Below are positions 1 through 11,600 of a stretch of 64,000 nucleotides of DNA, in pieces. How positions within the stretch are numbered: position 1 is the stretch's first letter; the number at the start of each line of letters is the position of its first letter. The DNA is taken from NCBI GenBank assembly GCA_030248215.1, contig JASANG010002922.1:248001-312000 (forward strand). Direction: 5' to 3'. The notes below the pieces were generated by a model. The model did no database searches. It was given only the letters and a program-made list of their open reading frames with translations, and had not been told where the DNA came from. This DNA is from Enoplolaimus lenunculus. Taxonomy: Eukaryota. The position numbers and the translations under genes are program-made.

Positions 1-242
1 TTTCAGTTTTGCTAAAACTACCGGTACAAAAATATCTGCCGATTTACCTTAGATAGCGTCCACGGCGTATTCCGACATATAATACTAAACTTATGTTATA
101 TTATAAAACCGTTGTAGCGAAAACCTTGAAAACTTGATGTTTGTTCAACCGCATAGCATAGTTTTGAGTTGTACCGCAACCGTTGCAAAATTTTTATGAA
201 AGGCTCTATTTGGAAATCGTATATTTGAAATTACCATTTTAG

Positions 243-716
243 GTTAACAGTAAACAACAGTCTCGATATATACTTCGACTAATGCCAGTTATAAAAACCT
301 GTCGTGCAAGCGATTTAAAGACAATTGTTGCGGCAACTTATGGAGTTCTTAAAGAACGCTTACCAAGTGATTGTGAACGAACGTTCACGTTCGGAGTTCA
401 CATTAAAGTCAGAAACAATTCTGGCCTTGAAAAAGTTCGGTTAATGGAAGCTGTCACTCAAGATTTGCGCTGCTTGTTCCCGTTTCTTAAAATCGATTTA
501 TCAAATCCGGAATATTTGCTCGAGCTCAACATTCTTCGAACTGTATGTTGTATTTCGTTGATGGAAAATTATGTCAAATATAGAAAATATAACTTGTTGG
601 AATTAGCATTGAACGCAAGTAAAAGGATCAGAGAGGATAGTTTTGAGGTCGCAAGTGAGCCAAAAAGAGTTTTTGTTTCAGAAAGCCAGGGTGCCTCAAA
701 TCTTGCCTCGGTGTAA
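243..716 (+). CDS. THUMPD1: Terminal coding exon of a THUMP-domain protein (THUMPD1/Tan1-like tRNA acetylation adaptor); upstream exons lie outside the window
   Basis: TTTTAG acceptor at 241-242. Translation SRYILRLMPVIKTCRA...FGVHIKVRNNSGL...KIDLSNPEYLLELNILRTVCCISLMENYVKYRKYNLLEL resembles the THUMP C-terminal motifs (RNNS, VDLxNP, KYNL). Stop TAA at 714-716. Confidence 0.85.
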   Translation, partial: VNSKQQSRYILRLMPVIKTCRASDLKTIVAATYGVLKERLPSDCERTFTFGVHIKVRNNSGLEKVRLMEAVTQDLRCLFPFLKIDLSNPEYLLELNILRTVCCISLMENYVKYRKYNLLELALNASKRIREDSFEVASEPKRVFVSESQGASNLASV

Positions 717-3509
717 CTTTGTATTTGAGTTGCTTCAATCAGGTTTAACCAGTGAGTTTTTGACTTTCAAAAGTTGAAGTTGACATTTTTTGAGTTTTTC
801 TGTATAACTAATTAGTAACATATTGAAACAGGTGAAATCTAAGAATTTAGCAAAATTTCTTAAATATCGATTTGACGGTTAAGCAGTGAAAGGCTGCAAA
901 AGTGTGATAAAAGTATTTTTCGATAACAGATGTTTTGGACTATCCGGTTCCGGTGGAAAATCCAGTTTTTTGCCTTCCGGTTTTGTTTCCGGTATTTTCT
1001 AATTCAGATTGCACCGTAGCTTTAGATAAAATGCGAAGTTTATGTTTTGTGTTAAATTTAAAATGTATCAGTTTAAGTAAAATTATTCAGCCTGAGTTTT
1101 TGTACAACCACTGCTCTGAGCAAGCAGTCCAATGATTTTGACCAATCAGCCCGTCGTCTCTATCGAATTGGTTGGTCACTTGGTCTGGCAACCACCTCTG
1201 ATCTGCGACTGTTCGGCACGGAGCGTAATGGTATACACCTGCACCCATATTTTTGATTGGACGGCCGGGACACCAGTTTATAGTCTTGTTGGAACAGCTT
1301 CGATACAAGTTATGTTAACACAGCTTCAGACCATCTTTTTTGCTACGATAGCTGTGAAACCTTGCTCTATATTTTCATCCGACAGCTTTTACCTTTGGGC
1401 TTCTGAAGGGCACATGACGTATAGAACAGGACATAATAGTTTAGTTTTGTATGAATTTCGTAACTATGTCACATTGAAGATTTACAACATAATAATCTGA
1501 TTTATAACTAAGTTTGAGCATAAAAATAATGAAATTTCTATTTTTACCGGAATGGCGGATGGTTTTTCAATTACATCAAATAATCGACAATTTTATACTG
1601 CCTGCCCACTTAAGATGTTTTGCGTTCTCACGGGAGCTGTCACCCTTTTAACCTTCCCAAGGTATAGATCACCCTAAACAGGACGGGGTATCACCCCCAA
1701 CAACCCAAAAATTACTAACGCAATACTTTTAGACTGTGTTTTTGGTATTCTAGTATGAGAACCGCTTAGTGCGGGAGGGGCTTAGGAGTCGGCAGGCTCC
1801 CATTTTGCTTTAGAGCCCCTTGAAAAAGGGTGATTCAGGAGGTGGGCACAGAAATTTTTTTGCAGAAAATTTCATTCGGAACAAACAGTACGTGTGCGGC
1901 AATTCTAAGCTGCGATTTTGGAACCAATTTTTTTCAAGTTTAGCTGAGGGAAGCAACGTTTTTCCACGCGACTGCAATAGAGTAAGCTTAAGCTGTCGAC
2001 TGTTTTCTGTGTTTAAGTAGACAGTCCATGCATAGGTGACATTCGGAGACTTTTTCGCGGAAGTAAAGCTTAACTTTTGGACTATTTTTTGTTTTGACTT
2101 AGGCTTAATGATGTTTATTATTTCATTGAGGCTTTGGCATGCATGGGCTCACAGTACAGTGTCAGTACAAGACGTGAGGGCCCTCTTGGCTGTGCCATGC
2201 TCAGTGCGTGAGGTCCCCCAAAACTCAATGGTGAAATAGAAAATATTTATGTGAGAAGCGAAAATTTTTCAGATACCTTATAGTAAGGTCGAGAATTAAA
2301 AAAATTCTAATTTAGTTTCTTCAAAAAAACTAAAAATATAGCAGCGAAGCCGGAATTTTTCAGATAATGCTAATTAGCGAGATTCCAAAAATATCAATGG
2401 TGCTTTGATGAATTGTTATACTTTAATAACCCACGCGTCGCAAACACTCTGGAATATGCTAAAATCAACTATTATGGTACAAAAGCCGTGTTACGAGACA
2501 GTAATAGCACGGTTTTTTACGATTGATGCGTTTATACTTGCACTCCGTGACGATGGCTCTAGTGAGCAATTCTCGCCTTTCTGAACACGGTTCGAGTTGC
2601 GCACTTGAAAGTATCGTTTAAAGTATCAACTTTTGAACAATCTACTCGTGAAAAATTGGTGCAACACTGGTGCTAACGCACTCGTGTTGACACGCGTTTT
2701 GCCGAGTACACAGTTTAAAAGTTTACACTTTAATAAATGATGCCTTTTGTGCGCAATTCTCGCCGCAGTGTGTTCGGTTACGAATTGCGTACTTGGAGCA
2801 TCGTTGCGGCTAGCTTTAAAGTTTTCGCCGTGCGGCGCAGTACGGCGCCACAAGGCGACGTACAGCGTCGCACGAAGGTCTGACTTTTTATGACTGAAAG
2901 TTTTCAGCCAAAAATTGCACTTTTTGCACTTTAAATCAATTTACGAATTTAACTAAGATTTTATAAATATATTAAGAGTATATTTTTCCCGTATTGTTTT
3001 TTAATGTTCATGTTAACTGAGTAAAATTACCTAAAAAGTGTTTTGATCTTACAAAATTAAAAAATACAAAATTTGATCTGGTTTTTCCGGATTGCGATAA
3101 AAAAAGCGGAATTGGTTAAGAAACATGAGTAACTTTCGCCGTATTTGTTTTTAATCAAACAACGACAATTTAGGTCAAACAATTAAACAAGTAGCTAACA
3201 TTAAAATAAACACCGATTTTTACCGCAAACAAAACTGGATATCCGGTTACACTCAGTTCTAAGATTCGTTCACTTTATACATAAATTGAAACCGTTTTAC
3301 TTGTCAAGTTTGTCAAATTGTACTATTACTTAAACTCACTCGGTATTGCTGGTACAAACACTTTCAGGCCTGCATTAGGTTTGCACTGGGTGACCGTGGA
3401 GATGAGTAGTTGTCACAGTCGACGAGTCGACGAGCTACGAGTAAACATGCAACGACTTGTGCATTTGTTAATTTGCTTCGGTACAAATGTTTGAAGTGTT
3501 TTATGCTGT

Positions 3510-6500
3510 ATGAATAATTTTATTTTTCGTCGTTTGTCGAAATTCGATAATTTTAATTTGAATCGCTTAATGTCTTCGTGTGCCAGTTTGACACTGCATC
3601 CGGATGGCGTCAAAATGCCAATGTTCGGCCTGGGCACGTACCATGCGACCGCACCACGCGATGTCCATGCGATGCTTGACGCCGCGTTATGTAAAGGATA
3701 TCGTTTGATCGATACCGCTGCTGTGTATGGCAATGAAGCCGATATTGGCAAATCACTCCAGGTAAAGTTGCCGACCTAAAGCCAAGATGGACCAGGTAAT
3801 TCTGCCGAACAAGAATAAACGTGAATGTTGGCAAATGTACTCCAGATTGATTGTGCATGGGTAATGTAGCCAGCTCATTATGCTAGGACAGCCAAGAATT
3901 GTCACGACTACAAGTGAGGTTGAAACTTTTCTAGAAATTTTTCTTAGTCGCATTCTCTGAAGAAATCGGTTGTCAACGCGTTAAAGTGAATAGAGTTCCG
4001 GTTTGGTTGGATTAATCGAGTGAGGGTGTGCCGCTGTGCTTGTTAACTATTTTAATGCCGTACGGCGCTATTCTGTGCCGTCCGGGGTCGTCACTGCGGT
4101 CTGGCATCGTACCGCAATGAGCGAGATACGCCGCATGCGACCGCATAACAATTTGTAAATAAAACTTGTTCGATAGCGGCGACATTTTTGTAGACACTTC
4201 ACCCTAATATTTTTCGAAAATTTTTGATTTTGGCATAACTGAGGTTTAGAGTTTAGGCTTAGGCGTAATCTGAGGCTTGTGTGCAATTTGCGCAAGTGCC
4301 GCATGATTTTGTTTCGTTTTTATCCGTTTTTGTTTTTTCAAAAATTGTTGTTTACGCGATGAAACAGAAGATGTATATCAGCCTGGTTTGTTTATATTTG
4401 AAGGAATTGCTTCCAAAATACGGACTGAAACGTAATGATTTGTTTTTGGTTTCGAAAATTGCGTCAAACGATTTGGGCGCATGCGCAACTGCAAATTCTA
4501 TACGCCGTTCAGTGGATTTGCTTAATCCGAAGACGGACCGCGATGGTAGATTTGGCTCTGTTGTGCTTTAAGTGCCCGCCAGCAGGCGTTTGCGCAAAAA
4601 AATGTCACAAATGTCATGAAAAATTAAACATGCCAAAATTTTGAAAGTCTGACCATTTTGAGCAAATCCCAGCCGGCGCGGACACTTAACGAAATAGAGC
4701 CGTTGATTTTTTTCAGGTGCAATTTTACACGTCTTACTGGGTTGCCTGCAAGCAGCAAGTAAACGAATAGCAAAACATACGAGAAATACAATGCAATTAA
4801 TGAGCACAATGTAGAAATCGGGACCCATGTTACTTTAAGGGGCGTCCAGTTTTCTGGTGGGTCTATAAAACAGTAGGTTTAGATTCTAGATTACATTTTT
4901 TCGCTTAGGCTTAGGTTTAGGAACACATCTTTGCAACGCTTAGACTTAGGCTTAGGCTTTGGAACACATTTTTGCAACGCTTAGGCTTAGGCTTAGACTT
5001 AGGAATACGTTTAATTTACTATTACGCCTTTTAAAATAACATTGGCCGAATTCGGAAACAAAAAAGAGCTAAAACAGCGTGTCCGGTTTGAAAAATAGAC
5101 GTAAATTTCAAGGAATTTTATAACTAAATCGGGAGTGAAAAAAACACTGCATGCAATCTTTAATGCTTAAGCTCTTCACTGCTTGCACAATAGCGATATT
5201 CAAGCGCTCGTCCCGGGGTTCTGGACTTTACATGGTATAAACCACGCAATCCATGAGCCAAGAAACGTTTTTTGACTTTTAAAAGAGGATTTTATACTAA
5301 AATAATGTCTAAATTTTCGTTCGTTTCGCTGTGAAAATTTTGTTAAAGCACGTTTACACACACGGTAAGAAGTCAATTTTAAAATTGTGTAAAGCGCTTT
5401 CGTCTCGCTTCGCTTGTGAGATTTTCATAATTTAACGTTTTGCTATAAACTCGCAGTTTACGTAGACATGCTTTGTTTAAAACTGGCTTTATTTTTTATC
5501 ATTTTTAGACCATTCACAAGCGTACTGTGATATGATTTTGATACATTATCCTGGTCAAACGTTCGACGATAGCAATCCAGCATGCAAACAGCTTCGAATC
5601 GAGTCATGGAAACAGCTTGAAAATGCTAAAAGTAAGTTCATTTGAATAATGACGTTTGTTTACTTTCCCCCCCGCCATACACATAATGGACTGGAATACT
5701 AAAATAGGATTAGGTTTTACGGCTGGAGTTTACATTTAAGCTTAGGATTAAACCTGGAACGGATTTATATCGTAGTGTAGGGCGAAACTTTAGCCTTGTG
5801 TCAAATTAAGAGCGGCGCTATACTTTTGATAACGTCCGTCTCCGTCCGGCGCCGTCCGTCCCGGTGCATCACACGGTACGCTATCGTACGTGGATTACTC
5901 ATGTTCGATACCGTATGGTGACGGACCGTAACGCACGGTGCTAAACGGCACTGAACGGCGCTGCACGATACTACACCGCCACCCGAAGACCAGTGCCGAC
6001 GGAAGTAAACAAGTTGGGCATTGGCCGAAAACTTAACCACCCTCGTCGGGTTAAGATTGCCTTCACGGTTTGCATGAAGTCGGCAGATTTAATGATGCTA
6101 ACGGCAGCTACGATTGTCAATTTCAGAGCAAGGATTAGTACGAGCAATTGGGGTATCGAATTTTGAAATTCATCATTTGGAACAATTGAAAGCATCAGCG
6201 CCTTCAGTCTGGCCACCGGCTGTCAATCAATTCGAAATTCATCCTCATATGACACGCAAGGATTTAGTCAAATATTGTACCGACAACGGTATTGCTTTAA
6301 TGGTGAGACTGTTTTTTTCACACAAAATTGCCTGAAACACGTTGAGTTAAATGCAACGCTGCCATAGCATCGCAACTACGCTTCCCCCGTTGCGGACATA
6401 TTTTGCCTCGTCTTGACTTGACAAAAATTTTTTCTGATAACGTCAAAATTTCTGTTATGAAAATATGCCTGGCCTCTTGTAGAAATTTTCTGGATCTGTC

Positions 6501-8067
6501 TGCTTGCCTACAATTTCTGGTTGTGGGACAGAAAGCGGATCTGTTTGCGTGATGCCTTTCAAACTATGATAACTTTGTTTAACATCGTGACCCAGTTGTA
6601 TTGCGATGTAACTTCTGTAATTGTTTGAAAGGTTTAATTTTCACTCGGAGTACGGCTCGTTCGGCCAACAGTAATGGTTGCGCTATACTTGCCGCGCGTC
6701 GACGGACGGCGGCGTGCGGCAACGAGGCAGCGGGGCGCGGCGGCGTTTGGATGAGTAAAGTATAGCGCAACCGTAAGGGTTGAGATATACTTGCCATTTT
6801 TTGAGTTATACACAAAGGCTGGGTTTCCGAAATCTTACTCTTAAGTACTTACTTAAGTTATACTTACTTAAATTTCGAGCAAAAACAAATAAACGCCAAA
6901 TGTCAGCCATTGTCACAACAAGAACGTAATAGTTTTTTACTTTATGTTAAGAAGGTACCGTGAGTGTACAATTTCAATTAGACTAAAGACTAGTAAGTAT
7001 GTCTGGATGGTAAATTTGTAATCTATCAAATTTAGTCAGCGACTTAATTGTTTACTTAACTTAAGTATGCTTTTAAAAACGGTAAAATCGTTAAGTAATT
7101 ATATAGCACGTACTTAAGTACTAAGTTGTACTTAAGCAGAATTTCGGAAACGCAGCCAAAAACTTGTAAAAGTGGTTTATACTCATTTCTTCAGAAACTT
7201 CGGAAACACATGCAATCCCGTATTATCATGAAAAAAATCAATTCATGTTAAATTTGAGAGTTGGCCGAATGAGGTGTTGACGACCGAATAGGAGTGCATG
7301 TTTTGATACGTTTGTGAAAATTTTTATTTTTGTCTTTTGAAATATCGGCTCTTGTACGCTCCCCACAACAAGTTTAGCCGTAAAAGCTTAAAACTATGTA
7401 TTTGTCTATTACTATTAAGCGGCCAATGTAAAGAACAGGGAGAGGAACAGTATTATAAGCATATTCCTAAGCTTAAGTCTAAGCCTAGGACTAAGCGTAA
7501 GAATGAGTATATTCTTAAGCCTAACCATAAGCCTAAGCCTAAGCCTAAGCCTAAGCGTAAGAATGAATTTATTCCTAAGCCTAAGCCTAAACCAAGCAAA
7601 AAAATTAGTCTAAAGCTCAAGCTTACTCTTTTCTATCAAAAAGGAAAACGTTCCACCCCTGATCATTACATGGGCCCACTAAGCTAGGCCGAAGTTTGAA
7701 ATTTCAAAAATTGTTTTCGACAATGTACAAAAACATTAATTATATACGTTTTATTGATGACTGTTTTTATTTGTATTTTGAGGCCTATTCTTCGCTTGGT
7801 CGTATGGAACCAGACTTAATCGACGAACCATTGTTAAATGCCACCGCTAAGATACACTCGACAACGGTTGCTAATGTATTGCTTACATGGGCGTATCAAC
7901 AGGGCTACATTGTGATTCCAAAATCCGTTCAACCTCAACGAATTAATGATAATTGGGACGGTGTGATTACGAAACGGATGCAGTTGACAAACGAAGAAAT
8001 AGACGCCATTTCTGCACTAAATCGAGGCAAACCGTATACGCTTTGCACGCCGTGGTTGGTGGCATAA
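3510..8067 (+). CDS. Aldo-keto reductase family protein, 5 exons, ~325 aa
   Basis: Phase-consistent exons 3510-3761, 4404-4545, 5509-5631, 6127-6302, 7783-8067. Motifs [68 protein letters not shown]. Catalytic D/Y/K/H tetrad present. AATAAA at 8161. Confidence 0.93.
4822..5047. mobile_element. Telomere-repeat-bearing MITE, family B (other copies 9302-9445, 10384-10542, 16627-16829; fragments near 11698, 27780-28028, 28310-28363)
   Basis: TSD GAAATCGG/GAATTCGG. The 10384-10542 copy has a perfect AAATTTTT TSD. Shared TCTAGAATCTAAACC...CCAGAAACCTGGACGCCCC motif. Confidence 0.85.
5800..5984. mobile_element. GC-rich palindromic MITE with CCGTC/GACGG motifs (related: ~4022-4165, ~18895-19020, ~26540-26685, ~29570-29810, 60740-60800 plus 61165-61200)
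   Basis: Mirror-arranged CGTCCGTC / GACGGACG tracts. The end ACACCGCCACCC is shared with the 26540 copy. Confidence 0.6.
6817..7157. mobile_element. MITE with GGCTGGGTTTCCGAAA TIRs and TACTTAAG subterminal repeats, possibly PIF/Harbinger-like (second copy 61630-62039)
   Basis: GGCTGGGTTTCCGAAAT ... ATTTCGGAAACGCAGCC. Confidence 0.75.
7421..7676. mobile_element. Telomere-repeat-bearing MITE, family A (other copies 9929-10129, 17682-17843, 19725-19932, 24164-24340, 34583-34754; partial copies ~1955-2110, ~11114-11220, ~16010-16148, ~27840-27994)
   Basis: Same TIRs (GGCCAATGTAAAGAACAGGG / CCCCTGATCnTTACATGGGCC), shared AAGCTTACTCT...AAAAACGTTCC motif, and CCTAAG tracts. Confidence 0.85.
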
Positions 8068-8689
8068 CAACGCATTCTCAAATGTGTATAGCGCCTATCA
8101 TCCAGTTGACGCGATTTTGTAAATTTTGACTCACAGTTTTCGGAATTTTAAAATTTTTTGAATAAAAATAACTCGTAGCAAAAGTACTGTTGAGTGTTGT
8201 ACACTACCCCAGAGTTTACGGAAATTTTCAAGTTTATTTGAACAATTCATGTTTGGGATTAGCTTTTGGGCTAAGGTAACAGTTGAACTTAAGCTTGTGG
8301 GGTGAGGTGTGCAAGTACCTCAGTTACCAATAGGGCACGTAATTTTTGAACCCGGTATAATTTAACTTCATTAAATTAGACCTGCCTTATTGTTTTAGCA
8401 GATTTTCTACAACAATAACCTACGTTATTTCTTATTTTCACATATACTAGTGTACGTCCTGTTTGGAGAAATAACAGTAAACTGGTAATTTTGGTGATAC
8501 AGTCATTTGAGAATACGGTTTCTGGTTCAAGTTTGATAAAAAAATTGCCCAAATTCGGGTGATAAAAATTTGAAATTTGTTATATATTTCCTTATTAATT
8601 GTATATTTTTTATATTTTTATGGCATTTTTCTAATTTTTCCGTTTGAAAGGTTTATTGTAGCTGCGTTATACTGTTTTGCCAAATAATT

Positions 8690-11600
8690 TTATTCCTGGT
8701 ACAGTTGAAGCGAGTTCGATCGAACGTTTCGCCGTTGGACGGTGCTTGTTGGTATTGGTGCTCTAGATTGTGTAGAATAGAACTCTTCAGGATCATCAAC
8801 TGAACTTTCTCTGAAATAAAAGACACGACACTGTTTTCGAAATTAATTTTATCAATAAAATATAAAAATATCAAACTTGGCGAACAAACAAATACACTGT
8901 AAAAAAGGATGAGTCAAATTGACTCTCTCGGAAATAGGCTTTTCCTCACTGCACAAACTGAGTCAAATTCGGCTCCGCCAGAGTCAAACGTGCGACATAG
9001 TGAATCAAATTTGACTCTGGTGGAGTCGAATTTGATTCAGTTTGTGTAGTCAGGAAAAGCTTATTTTCGACAGAGTCAATTTGACTCCCCATTTTTTGCA
9101 GTGTATAGTCGGTGCGTTTAACCTATTTTAGGCTGTTTTAAACAAATGAGCTGTAGTACACTTCTTCCACAGTTAAGCAAGCTTAGGTTCAGGCTTAGGC
9201 ATAAATATGCAATGGAATTAAATTTTCATATTTGGGCTACCAGCCTTACTTAAGTAGGTGTTATAGTGATAGACTTTGTAAACTGGCATCTCCGACACAT
9301 TGGTCAATGTTACTTTTAGGGGCGTAACAGTAGGTTAAGCGTATTGCTAAGCCTAAGCCTAAGCAAAAAATGAAACCTAGAATCTAAACCTATACTTTTT
9401 ATAGAACCATCATAAACCTGCACGCACTTTAAAGTAACATGGGCCTCCGACACATGTATGAAGACCTGGGTTGGTTGCTTGTGAGCTTACTTATTAAAAT
9501 TTGACAGCGGTGTTTGAAAATATATCCTGTGTTTTATAAAAACTTATTCATTTTTGCTTATCATTTTCCAAAATGTGTTATTTATAATTACTTAAGTTTA
9601 ACAATAAAATTTAAAAGTAGTTTGGGAAGTTTTTCACGCGTACTAAAAATTGAAATACAAAACGCCTTTCGCGTTTTAAATACAATATTGATATTAAAGT
9701 AGCATTTTGAAAATGCTGATTGAAACGTGAAAAGCGTTTAAAATAGCGTTTTATTTTTGACAAACATCAAACATTGCGTTCACCTGCCAGATGAACTGTA
9801 ACGTCTGCTTGTCGGGGTAATTGTTGTATGCGAAGATTCCACTGAAACAACCAGAATATATTTGGTTGATTACATAAAATTATAAAATAGTGCAACGCGA
9901 AAAGTGTAGAAATTGCATTAGCTTTTTGGGCCCATGTAAAGATCAGGGGTGGAGAGTTTTTCTGTGCGACTAGAATAGAGTAAGCGTAAGCTTTAGACTA
10001 AAAATTTTGGCTTAGGCTGAATAGGCTTAGGAATGTGCTTTACGCCTAGGCTTAAGCTTAGGCTTAGGCTTACGCTTAGATTCAGGAGTGTGCTTATATA
10101 CTGTTCCGCCCCTGTTCGTTACATTGGCAGTTTTCTCTACCAAATTTTGGCAAAAAGAAGTTCGGGGATATCAAATATACAAAACACTTTTCGCGTTTAG
10201 GAAAAACAGGTTATAGATGCTAGAATATCCTTTTGACGAACGCTAAAAGCTGTTGCTGTTACCGCTTTCTGCACTAGCTAATAGTTTCTCAGTTTCTTCA
10301 TTTACAACAGAACGTTTTGCAAGATTCCTACAGTTTGAAACGCAGCAAAAATGTTTAAATAACTTTTTTATTACGAAATTTTTTGCAAATGTTCCTTTTA
10401 GGGGCATAACAGTAAATTACGCGTATATATTCCTAAGCCTAAGCCTAAGCCTAAGCCTAAGCATAAAACGTAATGTAGAATCTAAACCTGCTCTGTTATA
10501 GACCCGCCAGAACCCTGGACGCCCCTAAAAGTAACATGGAACAAATTTTTTACCCGATGACGTCGATTGTTCTGTAACTTGTGGCCAACGGTCATCTAAA
10601 GAGCCAACCGCAGATTCGTTGCTCGTGCCTGGTGATCCCGGTGATAGAGCTGGAGTGCTTCCTTCAGTATCATCCGCACTTTGTGTCTGTCTCTTTGACG
10701 ATTCGCTGTCTTCGTCTGGTGACAAATCCAAGTCTCGACATTTTATTCGTAAAATGCGCCGGATTCGTTCCGCGATCGCACCAACTTCTCGTCGGATCCA
10801 ATCCAGCGTTGTTCTCGCTTGCGGCAACGACGACTCGACCTGATTAGGTATAACCAGGAGCTGTATTTAGTTACAGAAATGAAAAACTGATCTTACAGGA
10901 ATCGTATCAAAAATACAAAATGGTTTTCGTGGGTAAAAGCGCGGTATATTGATGCTAAAATAGTGTTTTCACAAATGCTTAAAAGCGTTTAGCGACGAGT
11001 AGTGTAACACTACTGCGACGATTCGCTACATTTGCCAATCATTTAGAATATCTCAATTATAAATGTTTTGAAAGCTGCTGTTATACGACCATGTCTCAAG
11101 TATGCCAACTGTTGCCCATGTAAAAGATCACAAGCGGAACATTTTTCTACGAGACTGCCATAGAGTAAGCTGAAGCGTTAGATATATTTTTGGTTAGGCT
11201 CAGACTTAGGCTTAAGCTGATTCTTTCATCTTTTCGTTCTATACGTTGGTTCGAACGGTTCTACCCGAAATGCACAATGGTTATATTAATACGGCTCTGG
11301 CGCAGGGCTAACCAAGATTTCGTTCCGTTTATCAGTGAACGTTTCGGAAACACTTAACAGCGATGAAAATTAGGCAATGCCCGCGGTACGAACGATTCGT
11401 TGAGGCAAAAAATAAATAAAGTTTAGAAAATTGAGGTTTCGTAATCTTTAAAATTATACTGATTCAACCATATTAGTAGTGAGATAGCTAATCTATATTT
11501 CCCGCATTCGGTAAGCTAACTTGTGATTAAATCAATAAACACATAACGCCATAAACACTAACCGTTTCCAGATATTCCATTTTTTGGCGAATTTCAGCCA

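Noticed and set aside
7337..7687. ORFs with KPKPKP, LRLRLR or LSLSLS runs (also 19061-19411, 19107-19379, 19755-19946, 19843-20061, 10253-10501)
   Set aside because: These are translations of TTAGGC tracts inside MITEs. Only the part of 19061-19411 overlapping exon 19322-19477 is coding.
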